This document shows positions 14,182 through 30,266 of a stretch of 64,000 bases of DNA, one piece after another; within the stretch, counting starts at the first letter, position 1, and each line of letters starts with the position of its first letter. Position numbers and translations under genes: made by a program. This DNA is from Eledone cirrhosa (lineage: Eukaryota): NCBI GenBank assembly GCA_964016885.1, contig OZ024750.1, forward strand, positions 21,886,001 to 21,950,000, written 5' to 3'. The notes below the pieces were generated by a model. The model saw nothing but the letters and a program-made list of their open reading frames with translations, ran no database searches and was not told the origin of the DNA.

Positions 14182-14303
14182 GTTATTAATGTATGTGTGT
14201 ATATATGTGTGAGTGTATGTGTATGTATGTGTGTGTGTATATATGTATGTATGTGTATGTATGTGTGTGTGTATATGTATGTGTATATATATATATGTGT
14301 ATA

Positions 14304-14344
<41 letters not shown>

Positions 14345-14379
14345 TTTTTTTTATTTTTTTTTTTTTTTATTTATTTATT

Positions 14380-14421
<42 letters not shown>

Positions 14422-14479
14422 ATTATTATTTTTTTTTTATTTTTTTTTTTTTATTTTTTTTTTTTTTTTTTTTTTTTAT

Positions 14480-14520
14480 TGTGCAATGGCCATACTCGAT
14501 AACGAGGGGGCAGCCATCAT
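14480..14520 (+). mobile_element. Probable LINE 3' tail
   Basis: gtgcaatggccatactcgataacgagggggcagccatcat is repeated at 15045-15090 with a (CAT)n tail and lies downstream of the RTE ORF. Confidence 0.55.
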
Positions 14521-14559
14521 ATATATATGTATATATATGTATGTATGTATATATATATG

Positions 14560-14635
<76 letters not shown>

Positions 14636-14769
14636 TATATATCTGTATGTATATATATGTATATATATATATATGTATGTATATATATATATATATATAG
14701 ATATATAGACATATATGTATGTATATGTGTATGTATATAATTGTGTAAATATGTATATAAACATGTACC

Positions 14770-15090
14770 GCGTGGTTAAACCACTGGGAGTGAAGGACCC
14801 CTAGCCTTTGTTAGGGCATTCTTCTAGGAGAAGGCAACTCAGGAATCTGGGATAAATCCAATATAAAACCTGCGGCTCAGTAGTTACCGATGATGTTGAT
14901 CTTTTCTTCTTTTCGGGTTTATAGCTACTGTCGCTCAGAGAGTGGGATTGGCTCAGTGCACAGTCTTTCATCACTTTAAAAAATATCTTCACGCAGAGGC
15001 ATTTCAGGATAGAATTAATTAATAATTATTAATAATGGTATATCGTGCAATGGCCATACTCGATAACGAGGGGGGGCAGCCATCATCATC
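14770..15090 (+). mobile_element. Putative internally deleted (bipartite) RTE derivative
   Basis: The motif ctaggagaaggcaactc...aaacc resembles RTE 5' UTRs (from memory) and is joined directly to the same 3' tail as 14480. Confidence 0.5.
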
Positions 15091-15100
15091 ATATACATAT

Positions 15101-15240
<140 letters not shown>

Positions 15241-15489
15241 ATATATATATATATATGTATATATGTATATATTATATATATATTTATTAAAATAACAGAT
15301 TAAAGTTTAAGCAAAGAATCGCTGCTTTCACCCTTAACGGGATCTTCTGAAACTATTATATTATTATTATTATTATTATTATGTATATATATATATGTAT
15401 GTAGAGATGTATGTATGTATATATATGTGTATGCATGTATGTATGTATGTATGTATGTATGTATGTATGTATATATATATATAAGTAAT

Positions 15490-16105
15490 AATTGTTTCTA
15501 CTTTTGGCACAAGGCCAGCAATTACCCAATACATTACTGGTACTTTATTTTATCGACCCCGTAAGGATGAAAGGCAAAGTTAACCTCGGCGGGATTTGAA
15601 CTCAAACCATAAAGGGGCGTAACTCTTTGCTGCAAAGCATAGCGTCAGACCCTCTACCGATACAGCCCATCCACCGCCCTGTGTATAAGTAATAATGTCA
15701 GGTGATCTCCGACAAGATGACGGATCCTACACCTACCAGTCTTGGTACCACTTTCAACCATTTTCCTTTTTCTTTCTAATTCAAGCACAGGGCCAGCTAC
15801 TGGGGGGGGGGGTCAACTATATCTATCTTACTAATAATTGTTTCTACTTTTGACACAAGGCGAGCAATTATCCCAGTGTATTACTGGTACTTTATTTTAT
15901 CGACCCCCGTAAGGATGAAGGCAAAGTTAACCTCGACGGGATTTGAACTCAGACTGGATTTGAACTCTATGCTGGAAAGGATGGCGTCCGGCCCTCCACC
16001 GATACTGCCAATCCACCGCCCTTTTATTATCTTACTAATAATTGTTTCTACTGTAGGCACAAGGCCAGCAATTACTCAGTAAATTACTGGTACTTTATTT
16101 TATCG
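15490..16105 (-). mobile_element. Cluster of three SINE family 1 copies (15490-15678, 15836-16021, 16039-16105)
   Basis: Consensus matches; duplicated flanks tataagtaataat and tatcttactaataatt. Confidence 0.9.
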
Positions 16106-16639
16106 AATACATATTTATTAGTCTTCTTCTTTCAAATCTCTTTCGACTTCTTTTTTCTGTCTTTAACAATTTCAGATTTGAAGGCAGCCATTGAAGACGT
16201 CATGAAAAATATTTTTCCTACAATCTGATTGTGGATTCTATCCCAACATCCGTAGTTGTTTGGGACTTCTTGTTTTTGGCAATGTTCAATCTCACACCCA
16301 CAAGTTATATAAGGTCAGGTGACACCAATGAAGAAAATCCCAGCTGTTTCAACATCTTGTCACAATGCCACTGTTTTCTCAGACAGGTAAGTTTCGTTAC
16401 GATTAGATAAAATATTATATACTTCTCATTCGCAATATCTTCCAATTCTGACAGAATATCTATATATTTTTAATCTCATCAGCTTCAGCTGCAAACGGAA
16501 ATTGGCGGAAACTATTTTTCAAAAATGTTGGTCACATCTAATAAAATAACTCGGTCTTCGGCAATATCACTGTGCTGAAGTAAACAGTTGGTAGTAAAAA
16601 TACATACATACATTCATGTTGTTGATTGCTAAATTCTTG

Positions 16640-17480
16640 TCAGAAGAGTGCTATCCCTTCATTGAACAGTGCATGATCATTTGCAAGCAGATGACGTTTC
16701 AGACCCACTTTTGTTTTGCCGGCACGTTCACAGATATTACACTTGAACTCTCTGATCCTGGCAATACAATCTAAACAGCATACTCCACACACTTTTCTCA
16801 AAGACATCACAACCATACTTAATGATCATTCTCCATGATGTACTGCCTTCAGCCAGTTTCTCCCAGTTCTCCATATCAATCTTCAGAGCTTAAGATTGTC
16901 GTGTTATGACAGCTCTAAACCGTTTTATTTTTGGTTTATGCTGTGGTCTTTCTCCTCTGGTGGTCAGCTCCCCATAAAATAACTGTTTAGGCAACCTTAC
17001 ATCTTTCATCCTGACCACATAACCAACTGAACACATCTGGTTCAAAATAATCCTCCTTTCAATACTTGTGTTACGGCTTTTTCAAGTACAGCAGCATCAT
17101 GTGTATAAGAGGACCACTTGGTGTTCAGGATACGTCAGATACAGTGCTGATGAAACCTTTCCATCTGCTTGATGTGATGCCAGTAAGTTGTCCACGTTTC
17201 GCATCCAAATAGTAAGAACACAGGCCTCATACACAGAGAGATTTGTGTTTCTCGTGATACCTCGATCTAACCAGACTAGCTTCTCAGGCTTCCCGAAGGC
17301 AGAATTCACGTTCGCCATCTTGTGATCTATTTCAGCAGCGACGGTACCATCTCTACCTAGAGTACTTCTGAGATACACAAAGCACTCCATCAGGATAATT
17401 ATTTTTCCTCTCACGAGAATGTCTGGCTCAACATACACTTTCCAGCTCGTGAAGTGTACATGACCTTTGTCTTTTTATGC
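16640..17480 (-). mobile_element. Degenerate RTE LINE fragment with C2H2 finger
   Basis: Minus-strand peptides GYVVRMKDVRLPKQLFYGEL, LKIDMENWEKLAE and FKCNICERAGKTKVGLKRH. Confidence 0.8.
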
Positions 17481-17491
17481 TGTTATTTAGC

Positions 17492-17567
<76 letters not shown>

Positions 17568-17746
17568 GTATAAATATAGCGTATATATATATATATGGGG
17601 GGGGTGTCCCATGTACATCAATGCTTGTGGGGAGGAGGTTTTAATCAAAATTATTAGGCTAATTTACTGAGTCAAAAATACAATGGTGGCATTATTTTCA
17701 CTATCTAATTTCAAATTTTCCACTGTTTGTAAACAAAAGCTTTGTA

Positions 17747-17810
<64 letters not shown>

Positions 17811-17829
17811 CGTAACTATGGAGATATAA

Positions 17830-17930
17830 AAGATGCAGAAGCGAAAACCAACCAAAGAGTGAGTGTGTTCTGTTATTATTTCTGGCAATAGTATTACAAC
17901 AATATGACCCTCCACAAGTATAACAATATA
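17830..17930 (+). mobile_element. Solo PLE 3'-terminus fragment in (TA)n
   Basis: Matches 30000-30088. Confidence 0.75.
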
Positions 17931-17955
17931 TATATATATATATATACATATATAT

Positions 17956-18113
17956 CTAAGGCGGGTAAAATTCCCGAGATCCATGGACGAGTTCAGCTCC
18001 AGCGGTCTCTGTCCCTCATTATCGCTGCCATGTCCTGCATCTCCAACAGACCAGTGTCTGTCCTTAGGGCATCAACATACGTCAACCTTGGTCTTCCTCT
18101 TCTAGTGTGTCCA
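17956..18113 (-). mobile_element. RTE-type LINE 3' end
   Basis: Nearly identical to part of 39192-39457 and 52871-53201. Confidence 0.8.
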
Positions 18114-18131
18114 TATATATATATATTGTAT

Positions 18132-18190
<59 letters not shown>

Positions 18191-18381
18191 AGGGTGTTAA
18201 AGTTTGCTTGAAGCATTGTGAAATGTGTAAAATACGTAGTTAAGAAAGCCACAACAATGCAGAGGGAAATCTCGAGGTAGGAAGTGAAAGATAGATAGGA
18301 AAAACAGGTGAAAGTGAAAATTGAGAGAGACAAAGATGAAAACAAAACAAGGGTAGAAGGGTTACCGTAGTGGAGATTTAA

Positions 18382-18417
18382 TCCCAATATTTCGGGCTCA
18401 CGCCCATCAACGGGGGA
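18382..18417 (-). ncRNA. Variant or decayed minimal hammerhead
   Basis: Minus strand reads tccc CCGTTGA t gggc gtga gccc GAAA ta TT ggga. The stems are perfect but the core has two changes. Confidence 0.5.
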
Positions 18418-19244
18418 AAGTTCCAAAAGGGGGGGAACAGGCCAAGCGGAGAAAGTTGTGATGTCGTTAAGACAGGAATATATATATATATGTGTATGTA
18501 TGTATGTGTGTATGTATGTATGTATGTATGTATACAGAGAGATGTCAACTCTGAACATATAAAAAGAAACGTACCTATATATTGCAAACCTTTTTACCCG
18601 ACATGCTATCAATTCTATATATAATCCACACGAGTAAAATAACATTGACGAGTAACATAACTCAGTATAGAAAAGTGAATATCCTCATTCGATTATTACT
18701 TAACAACTTCATTTCTGCATTTAATTAGAATAACCAGAAGCGCTTTATAATATAGAGTAAAACGACTTGAGTTTTGTAGGAAAAAGTATTAAATTATTTT
18801 TTCATGCGTCTTTGGCTATGTTCTCAGAATAACTCTGCCAAAACCAGATTCATCTAGGGGGACAGATCTACGGTAAATCTTTAAAACCAGATCTATTATT
18901 CCACTCAATCAACATGACAATAAATCTCTGTGTCAAACGCAAAATGCAATACAATAAGTAACTACAAACCCTTTGGTAATTTCAGCCTGTTGCTTATAAA
19001 TCTGTATTTATTTTATTAAGCTTAACTATTAATTTTCTGTTGTTGAAGTTAACTGAACTGGGAATGGAGCTACTTGTTCTTCTTTAAAAATAGAATTTAA
19101 AAAAAGCATTGATATTTTTTTCTGGTAAGGAAATTCCTCGAATATTTTACGGTTTAAAAAATATATATATATATGTACATTTTATATATATAGAGAGAGA
19201 GAAAGAGATGTGAGAAAAACCACAGACCCTCCATCTCAACTCTA

Positions 19245-19280
19245 CTTTTGAAAAGCAGAAGAACTGCGAAACCGGTAAAG
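19245..19280 (+). ncRNA. Decayed minimal hammerhead
   Basis: ctt TTGAAAA gcag aagaa ctgc GAAA ccgg TA aag. A related relic lies at 51497-51536 (-). Confidence 0.45.
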
Positions 19281-19411
19281 GAACCAAATAAATATATACA
19301 TATTTTTAAAAATAAGACTCCAGTTGCATTTTCGATTTCATCTTTTTTTCTTTATACTTTCACTCGTGTAGGACACCTCGGTTATTTTTCATTTTGTAAA
19401 AAAAACCTCAC

Positions 19412-19460
<49 letters not shown>

Positions 19461-19535
19461 GGTAAAATGGAAAATGGAAAAAGCACAGGAGTATGTTTAA
19501 AGATTATTTTTTTTCTTTAACCCGATAGAATTAAT

Positions 19536-19720
19536 AATTGTTTCTACATTTGGCACAAGGCCAGCAATTACCCAGTGCATTACTGGTACTTTATTTTATC
19601 GACCCCGTAAGGATGAAAGGCAAAGTTAACCTCGGCGGGATTTGAACTCAGAATAGCAAGGGCCGTAACTCTATGCGTCAAAGCATGGCATCCGACCCTC
19701 TACCGATACTGCCAATTCAC
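19536..19720 (-). mobile_element. SINE family 1 with TSD
   Basis: Flanked on both sides by cccgatagaattaataa. Confidence 0.9.
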
Positions 19721-19969
19721 CCGATAGAATTAATAATTTTATATATTATGTGGTGTAGATGATAAACGGGAACACAATACAACAGCTAAGCAATTTACAA
19801 TATATATGGGCAGGCATGGCTGTGTGGTAAAAGAGTTCACTTCGCATCTATGTGGTTCTGGACTCAGTCACACTGCTCGGCTACTTCAGGACGTGTCTTC
19901 AACTATAGCTTCGATGTCACCAATACCTCCTACTTGAATTCTGCTAGATAAAAACAAAATAATCAAATC

Positions 19970-20045
<76 letters not shown>

Positions 20046-20460
20046 ATAATAATAAAATTGAAGACTAAAATCCAAAGAGGGCTCGATAAGGAAAATATAT
20101 ATCAAATATATAAAAACCGTAGAGCAAATATTTATTAAAATAACAGATTAAAGTTTAAGCAAAGAATCGCTGCTTTCACCCTTAACGGGATCTTCTGAAA
20201 CTAACAAAGTCAATCTGTAAACGCAGAAATGGATATTTCAAAAAACGTTGCAACCGGAGGAAGACAGGAAGACGATACTTTGGTTCGTGGAAACGTTCGC
20301 TGGCAAAAAACGGGAAAAAACGAATAATACGTCATTAATAGGAGCGGTGAAAAACAATTACGCGCATTTTAATAAATATATATATATTTTATATATATAT
20401 TTTATATATATATTTTATATATATATTTTATATATATATTTTATATATATATATATATTA

Positions 20461-20529
<69 letters not shown>

Positions 20530-20532
<3 letters not shown>

Positions 20533-20805
20533 CGATTTTTAATTTGTTTTGCGAGATTTCTTATCTGAAAACGTATGTGAAACAGATATTGTTATACTTT
20601 GGGAGAGTCATGTTGCCAATAAAAAACACACGCACCTGTTAGTTTTCACTTCAATTTATCATAAATTTCCGGTTGGTTGGCTGGTTGGTTCGATAACCGG
20701 AAGGTTGTTTATATATTGCCAAAGCTCTTTCGTCACACGAAGTGAAAACACTAACAGGTGCGTGTGTTTTTATTAGCAACATGACCCTCCCAAAGTATAA
20801 CAATA
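20530..20805. mobile_element. Non-autonomous PLE insertion with inverted termini
   Basis: atattgttatactttgggagagtcatgttg...cacacgcacctgttagttttcact is inverted at about 20740-20805. Homologous to 49380-49961 and bounded by (TA)n. Confidence 0.75.
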
Positions 20806-20812
20806 TACATAC

Positions 20813-20852
<40 letters not shown>

Positions 20853-20910
20853 GGAAAAAGCACAGAAGTATATTTAACGATTATTTTTTTCTTTAACCCG
20901 ACAGAATGGA

Positions 20911-20992
<82 letters not shown>

Positions 20993-21884
20993 TTCATGTG
21001 TGTGTGTGTTTGTTGTGTTTTCGTTTGTGTCTGTGTTCATGTCCGGTAACCTAACAACAAAACCGAGATCTATAAAATAAGTACTAGACTAAAAAAATAA
21101 GTACTGAAGTCGATAGAACTAACTAAACTCAATGCGACGCCCCAGTATCACCGAGGTCTAATGACTGAAGCCAATAAAAATAGAATTGAAATAATAAAAG
21201 AATAGGAAAACCAGGAATAGAACAGCTAAATAATTTACTGCATAAAATAGTAGATGTTTATGACATGTTAATTTTCCCTATATAGATAATATCAATTTCA
21301 TATTTTGTATTGATAAATTATGTATGAAAAGACATTTATTTTTCGTTCTTTCTTATCACCCAAGGTAAATATATTCTACTGAAAATGTATATATTAGCTT
21401 AAAATTCATAGAAAATGTAGATTTACAGACAATAAATTCAATCCAAGATAATACTTAACAAAGAAAACTCGATATTGCCCTTTCTTAAAATATGTAAACT
21501 ACTAAAATGACATTGCTGTTATCGGTACTAAATCGGTGGAGCGTTGAACAAGCGGTGTTGTGGTATTCAGTAACAGCTCTGTACGATCTGATTTCAAATT
21601 GTGTTGAGGTCAATTTTTAGGTCAATTTTGACTTTCATCCATCCGCTGTCGATAAAATAAAAGACCTGTCTGTCAAGTACTGGAGTCGATTTAATAGATT
21701 TTTCCCTCCACCAAATTGCTAATCTTGTGCTTTTATAAATACTACTGTAAAAGTATAATGAGAAAAATATTACTCGTTGACAATTCAAAATGGTGTTGAA
21801 TTGAGGAAACTTAGGATTGCAAGGGGAGGAACATCATCTGGGTTTTTGAAATATTACTGTTCTAAACTATTTTGTTGGACTGCA

Positions 21885-22110
21885 GAAGGATCTCGCCAGA
21901 TCTGCCCAGACCATAGCAGCACTTACAAAACTTAAGACCATCTGGAATGACAAAACATAGCCCACAGCTCAAACATCAGACTAATCCGCTCTCTGGTTAT
22001 GTCCATATTCTTGTATGCCTGTGAGTCTTAGACAATAACAGCAGATCTGGAAAGAAGCTATGAAGATGAGATGCTCCAGAAAGCTCCTTGGTATCACCTA
22101 TAGAGACTCT
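21885..22110 (+). mobile_element. RTE LINE fragment
   Basis: Homologous to 24310-24540 (-). Confidence 0.75.
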
Positions 22111-22620
22111 TTTGTTGCAGCGTAATCAGGGTTTGTGTCTTTAACCAAACCCCTGTACTTTTCTTGCTATATCCTCTGGAGTTTTTTAACTGTAAAACTG
22201 ACCATGTAACTCATTTTCTTTGCTGTTTTCCATCAATCATTCTTTTCATTTGTTTGTAATTATTTTTTTCATTTTATATATCACTCATTCACCTTCATGA
22301 CTGCACATGTGAGTTTCTTTTTGCCTTTCCTAACATATCTCACGTTGTCAAATGTACATATAATTGTGTTTCGTTCTACCTTTCCTAACATAACTCTATT
22401 TGTCAAATTTACAGGTTCTATGACATTGATTAGTTCTCTGCTTCCTTCTTTCTTTTATTTCTTGTTATATCCATACTATCATCATTGCATTCCTAGATGT
22501 AACATATTTTGCAATGGTAACTCGTTTCTAACAATTCAAAAATGTTTTGACATTCAAGCTCCAAGAATAAATTTGTTCAAGATTTCTTTCACCTCAGGTC
22601 ACTGATTCATTATTATTCCA
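22110..22620 (-). mobile_element. Degenerate R4/Dong-like LINE fragment
   Basis: Minus-strand peptides KKEGSRELINV and ELHGQFY resemble the GGRGLINV and LHGQF motifs. Confidence 0.5.
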
Positions 22621-23025
22621 GCAATATAACTCGCAAAAATATTGGTGATATCAAACCTATTCTTTCGCTTATCGAAAAAGAAAGCTTACGGGAATTTTTT
22701 AAAAGATTTAAATAGATATTTAAGCATTCAAATATCTTCTATACTGTCTGGTTAATTCAATGTTTAATCCGTAAGCTATCTGGATAATGGTATTAGTCTC
22801 ATTGATAAGCTTGGGGAATTAGGTCGAGTAGACTGGATTTCTTTGTGTAATGTGACTGTACACTTAACATGGAAGTCATAGAAAGATACTTAGAAACTAT
22901 TGTTGCTACGTTAAATATTCATTCATTGCGTTTCTAATATGTTATTCTAATAAATTTTAAATGATAGTCTTGTGACTGGAGATCGAATTTCAACATACAA
23001 CCAAAGCACATTGGTAAGTTAAAAT

Positions 23026-23214
23026 AGTTGTTTCTACTTTTGGCACAAGGCCAGCAATTACCCAGTGCATTACTGGTACTTTATTTTATCGACCCCGTAA
23101 GGATAAAAGGCAAAGTTAACCTCGGCGGGATTTGAACTCAGAATGGCAAGGGCCATAACTCTATGCGTCAAAGCATGGCGTCCGACCCTCTACCGATACT
23201 GCCAATCCACCGCC
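23026..23214 (-). mobile_element. SINE family 1
   Basis: Matches the family consensus. Confidence 0.9.
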
Positions 23215-23753
23215 CTTTTGACACCTGATAATTAATGATAGATATAAAGTACAGTTAACAGTTTTTGTGTATTTTAAGATGAAGAAAATGACTTTCAGTG
23301 ATGTAGTTGCTTTAGTCTGAAAACACGGTTTCAAAACAAGACAATAGACAGACAAGTAAAACACTGAAACAAACTAAGAACTTTTTCACGCAGACGATAG
23401 GAAAGATTAAAAGATGAAGAATCTGATAAAGACTTCCAATCAAAGAAGTTTTATAGACGACTGAACTGATTGTGTGTAAGAGCCGAACCTGCTAGTCTGA
23501 AGACACATCAAAGAAGCGTTCATCAAAGATGTAGAGGAATAGCAATGCTTATATACTACAGACATACACTATTATATATATATATAGAGAGAGATATAGA
23601 TATAGATATATATATATAGATATATAGATATAGATAGATATAGATATAGATATAGATATAGATATAGATATATAGATATATATAGAGATATAGATATATA
23701 GATATATATAGAGATAGAGATATATAGATATATAGAGATATAGATATATATAG

Positions 23754-23823
<70 letters not shown>

Positions 23824-23976
23824 TTTGAATATCTGAGGTATACACACACACATTATATACATATATATAATGTGTGTGCGTGTACGTATATATGTATATA
23901 TATATATTTATATATGTGTGTGTATCTATGTATATATATACATATATACCTATATATATATATATATATATATATA

Positions 23977-24575
23977 TCATCTTATCTGACCCGTAGTCTG
24001 GTGGACCGTTGGGGCGCCACAGATGACCTGGTAACCAACTCCTTCCATTCCTCTCACCTCTCTGCCTTCTTCATGGTACCACCCAGCCTAATGCTTGTCC
24101 ATTCCGGGATGTTGTCCGCCCATCTCTTTTTATGTCTGCCTCTCTTCCTCCCTCCTTGTATTGTTTCTTGCAGGACAGTTTTGGCAAGCCCTGAAGATCT
24201 TGTCACCTGGCCGTACCGTCTCAATTTGAGTTTTTTTACAATGGTCAGTAGGTGATTGAAGGGGCCGATGGCTTGCCAAATTCTGTTTCGCATCTCCTCA
24301 TTGGATATGCGGTCTCTGTAGGTGATGCAAAGGAGCTTTCTAGAGCATCTCATCTTCATAGCCTGTATCCTTCTTTCCAGATCTGTTGTTATTGCCTAAG
24401 ACTCACAGGCATACATGAATATGGACATGACCAGAGAGCGCATTAGTCTGACCTTTGAGCTGAGGGCTGTTTTGTCATTCCAGATGGTCTTAAGTTTTGT
24501 AAGTGTTGATATGGTCTGAGCAGATCTGGTGAGTACTTCGCATTTAGATCTTTCTGTTGTCCAGCTTTTCAGAGA
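23977..24575 (-). mobile_element. RTE LINE 3' fragment
   Basis: [44 protein letters not shown]; 3' end gccccaacggtccaccagactacgggtcagataagatg. Confidence 0.85.
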
Positions 24576-24711
24576 GTTTCTTACCACTATATATATATAT
24601 ATATATATAAAACGAAGGAGTTGTGGTAAGGAACCAGATGGACCATAACGCACCAGAGTTCTCAATACTTAGGGTAGTAGAGTGGGTAATAGGAAAATAT
24701 ATATAAAATAA

Positions 24712-24884
24712 TAGCTGCCACCGAAATATATATAGCAGAGAATTTATAATAAACGAAGCCAAATTTTACATGTTTGACTTACTTATTTTACATTACTCCA
24801 GAGTAAACAAACCAACCTGCGTACTTCGTCGAGTGCTCCAATCTGCATACTGAGGTGTCGGTAAACAACCAACATATACTCAAA

Positions 24885-24890
<6 letters not shown>
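24712..24890 (+). mobile_element. Truncated HHR-bearing element (3' half of HHR only)
   Basis: gctgccacc GAAA tatata TA gcag... is homologous to 49020-49225 (-). Confidence 0.65.
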
Positions 24891-24938
<48 letters not shown>

Positions 24939-25275
24939 GATGTGGTCTACCTTTCGTAGTAAGCTCTATACCGTAGTTAGAACTCAATGTAATCCGTTAA
25001 CGTGTAGTTCAGTGAGATCCAGTGATTGATTCCGTGTTTCGCTGAGTCAGTCTTTCAGATACAGAGTCTGATATATTACATATTATATTATTTAACAATA
25101 ACAACAAAGGCAAGTTATTTTACATATATCATTCGTTTTACGATCGTTTCGGAGGGTTGATCATATCGTTATATTGACTGATCTATAGTAGTTAGAGAAC
25201 TGTCTACTATCAAACATAATATATGAGTACGATCATACTGTCTTCGGAAACAATCTCTCTCTGTCTCTCTCTCTC

Positions 25276-25406
<131 letters not shown>

Positions 25407-25690
25407 GAAAGAAGCATAGCAACAGTTGATTTCCATAAACAACTTTGAAGATCCTGAACTTGAAATGTAAACAAACTGGTTGACCTAAAGAAGATTGGGA
25501 CAATTTGAAATATAAGCGTACCGATGCAACTGACCATAATATTAGTTTAGAAATTCGGGTAAAATACGCCTAGGAACTCTCGCGATTTTCCCAATTATTA
25601 ATTACAATATTAGACTACTATTATGGTCATTTGCGTTGGAAAGCATACATTGCAAATTTCAAGTTTTTCTATTACTTATTAAATCAACCA

Positions 25691-27240
<1,550 letters not shown>

Positions 27241-27241
27241 A

Positions 27242-29563
27242 AGAGTTTGCATACCACAACGAATAGATGACGAGACGGAGGCACAGTTCACCATAGCTAG
27301 AAATAAGATTAGACAAGTAGTAGACAGGTACACTATGAGACAGAGCAGACCAGAGGCCCAACAACTTGGGATAAAACCTGTAGAAGGCTTGGTTAGCCTC
27401 AAGCAGCGCACAAGGGATGGTGAGGTAGTGTGTCTACCCACAGATAAGTCTGGTAGGATGTCAATAGATAGCATGCCGAACTACATCGAGGCAATGCAAC
27501 CCCACATCACCAACACGAGCGAAGTTGCACAACTAACACACGATGGGAGAGAAAAAATCCTCAACGCTCACATGATGATGTGGACTGACATCCTAAAGCC
27601 AAGCAGACGCACTGCCAACAACTTCCAGGCGTCTAACAATGGCATACCACCCTTGTATGGGCTCCGCAAAGACCACAAGACAGTCGACGACCCGACAATA
27701 GGACCACCAACAAGACCTGTATGCGGAGCTAATATAGCTAGCAACTACAGGATCTCCTACTTCCTCTCAATGGTTATACGCCCCATAATCAAGATGTCCC
27801 CAGATGTATGTGAAAGTACAGAGGACCTCCTCAGCAGAATCAGTGAGTGCAACAAAAACAGGAGCCTATCCAACTGCATAATAGGCAGCATGGATGTGGT
27901 GTCACTGTACCCATCCATTAACATTGATTTTGCTGTGAAAAGATGTGTGGAGATGATCATTGAGAGTGAGGTGGAGTTCTGCGACGTCGACACAGACGAA
28001 CTGGGCCTCCTACTTAGACTTACCTACGACACTGACTACCTAGACAGCCATGACCTTAGATGTTTCTGCCCTAGTAGACCTATAAGAGGTAGACCCCCCA
28101 CCATAACCTCAATGGCTAAAAAGACTCCCATAGGAAGGTGGATTGGGTGGACCAAAGCTATACGGACCCCCCAAAACACTGATCAGGTAAGAAAAATGGT
28201 CGCACATGCAATAGGGGCTAGTATCAAAACTACCCTAAAGGGCCACATATTTAAGTTCAATGAGAAAATCTACACCCAAAATGAGGGAGCAGCCATCGGC
28301 GTCAGCATAGCTGGCGATGTTGCCAACCTTTTCATGGTATGGTGGGAAAGGAGACTTAAAGATCTCCTTAATGAAAGCTCCATAGACCTCATCATGTACT
28401 CTCGTTATGTAGACGATATCAATATAGTTATAAGAACACCCCCACTAGAGAGCACTAACAAGTTTGATTTAGAACGTAGCACGATGGAAAGCATCCAGCA
28501 GATAGCTAATTCCATACACCAGAGTATAACTGTAACTATAGACTTCCCTTCCAAACACCCTAACAATAGACTACCTGTATTAGACACAGAACTCTGGATT
28601 AACACTATAGACGAGAGAGCCCAAATTCTCCACTCACACTATGCTAAACCCATGGCCTCCAAATACCTGATACTCAAAAACTCAGCAATGTCCAGTAGTG
28701 CTAAGTTTAATATTCTGATCGCAGATTTGGTACGAGTGATGAAGAATGTGTCCAGCATGTGCGACCCAACAGAAATGGAAGGACACATCCAACACTTCAT
28801 CAACCGCATGCAGTTCTCTGGCTACAACCAAAGAGACAGAGTCAGAGTATACGAAGGAGCCATGGAAAAGTATAAGACCCTCATAGAACTGGACATGAAA
28901 GGAATTTGCCCACTATACAGGAGCAAATCATGGAATAGCTTAGATAGGGCTAGACATAAGATAGGGAAGGCCACATCATGGTACGACAACCAGAGATATC
29001 AGAGTGTCATGTTTGTGGACGCCACCCCTGGAGGGAAATTAGCTAACCAGTGTAGAAAGGCCCTGAGAAAGACCCACTTAAAAATAAAGGTGGTAGAAAA
29101 GCCAGGAACCACCATAAAATCCCTGATCAGCAAAACCTACCCTTTTAAGAAAACCCACTGTACCAATAGGAAATGTATCATATGTAAGGTGAACCCCCGG
29201 ATAAACTGTAAAACTAGAAACGTAGTCTATAGCATAAGATGTACAGAGGGTACTTGCAGAAACACGACAACAACATACATAGGTGAGACAGCTCGTAGCA
29301 TAGGTGAAAGGATAGACCAACACTGGGGGGAACTAAAAGGACGAAAAAACGGGTCAGTACTATACGAACATGCTAGACAACATCATGACGGTAACATAGA
29401 CAACATAGAAATTAGAATAATATCTAAACATAGGAATGACCCAGCAGATAGGCAAATCAGAGAGGCCAGTGAAATAGAAATTAGAAGACCAAAGCTAAAC
29501 AGAAAGAATGAGTGGAACAACAACAACACCCAAACAAACAACACTGACCTAAGAGAAGTATAA
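27242..29563 (+). CDS. PLE reverse transcriptase with C-terminal GIY-YIG endonuclease
   Basis: Motifs [32 protein letters not shown], a Cys linker ([10 protein letters not shown]) and VVYSIRC...[16 protein letters not shown]. The frame stays open upstream of the 27335 Met up to the TA tract. Confidence 0.95.
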   Translation, partial: RVCIPQRIDDETEAQFTIARNKIRQVVDRYTMRQSRPEAQQLGIKPVEGLVSLKQRTRDGEVVCLPTDKSGRMSIDSMPNYIEAMQPHITNTSEVAQLTHDGREKILNAHMMMWTDILKPSRRTANNFQASNNGIPPLYGLRKDHKTVDDPTIGPPTRPVCGANIASNYRISYFLSMVIRPIIKMSPDVCESTEDLLSRISECNKNRSLSNCIIGSMDVVSLYPSINIDFAVKRCVEMIIESEVEFCDVDTDELGLLLRLTYDTDYLDSHDLRCFCPSRPIRGRPPTITSMAKKTPIGRWIGWTKAIRTPQNTDQVRKMVAHAIGASIKTTLKGHIFKFNEKIYTQNEGAAIGVSIAGDVANLFMVWWERRLKDLLNESSIDLIMYSRYVDDINIVIRTPPLESTNKFDLERSTMESIQQIANSIHQSITVTIDFPSKHPNNRLPVLDTELWINTIDERAQILHSHYAKPMASKYLILKNSAMSSSAKFNILIADLVRVMKNVSSMCDPTEMEGHIQHFINRMQFSGYNQRDRVRVYEGAMEKYKTLIELDMKGICPLYRSKSWNSLDRARHKIGKATSWYDNQRYQSVMFVDATPGGKLANQCRKALRKTHLKIKVVEKPGTTIKSLISKTYPFKKTHCTNRKCIICKVNPRINCKTRNVVYSIRCTEGTCRNTTTTYIGETARSIGERIDQHWGELKGRKNGSVLYEHARQHHDGNIDNIEIRIISKHRNDPADRQIREASEIEIRRPKLNRKNEWNNNNTQTNNTDLREV

Positions 29564-29835
29564 ATAAATAAGTAAATTAAATTAAATAAAATAAGATAAA
29601 TAAATACATACACAAGCACATAAACACACACTAGTCACCCAGCAGACACAACACTATACACACTAGTCACACATCACACATAACACTATACACACACGCA
29701 AACGCATGCGCAAAGAAGACAAAATAAAATAAGATAAACAAACAAGCAAATAAATAAATAAATAAATATATAGACAGACTGAACAAAAAAAATGGCGTAG
29801 ACATACAACACAACAGGAGGAACAATGAATATAAC

Positions 29836-29876
29836 ACCACTGACGATGTTGCAGATGTGCAACGAAAGATTTATGT
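29836..29876 (+). ncRNA. Minimal hammerhead in the PLE 3' UTR (weak stem I)
   Basis: acca CTGACGA t gttgca gatg tgcaac GAAA gatt TA tgt. Core and stem II are intact; stem I is only 2 bp. Confidence 0.7.
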
Positions 29877-30140
29877 AAACTATATATATATGTGTTTGTC
29901 TATATTGTATCTGTATTATTTTTGACCGCCGGTCAGTCAATGGCAACATTGAGGACCGAGTAAGTTAGATCGCAGATATATATATATAAAAGACAGCGAG
30001 AAGCGAAAACCAACCAAACAGTGAGTGTGTTCTGTTATTAATTCTGGCAATATTACGCAAATATGACCCTCCCCAAATATAACAATATATATATGTGTAT
30101 ATATATATGTGTGTGTGTATGTATGTATGAATATATATAT

Positions 30141-30266
<126 letters not shown>

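Noticed and set aside
16140-16600. Protein-like minus-strand stretch and a plus-strand cag|gtaagt donor
   Set aside because: Multiple stops, no recognisable motif and no supported exon.
20160-20205. HHR-like CAGAAGA-tcccgttaagggt-GAAA on the minus strand (duplicate at about 15315-15355)
   Set aside because: Core mismatch, no UH at the expected place and no stem I; possibly a relic but unsupported.
25480-25525. CTAAAGA-hairpin-GAAA
   Set aside because: G5 is missing and there is no stem I or III; likely chance.
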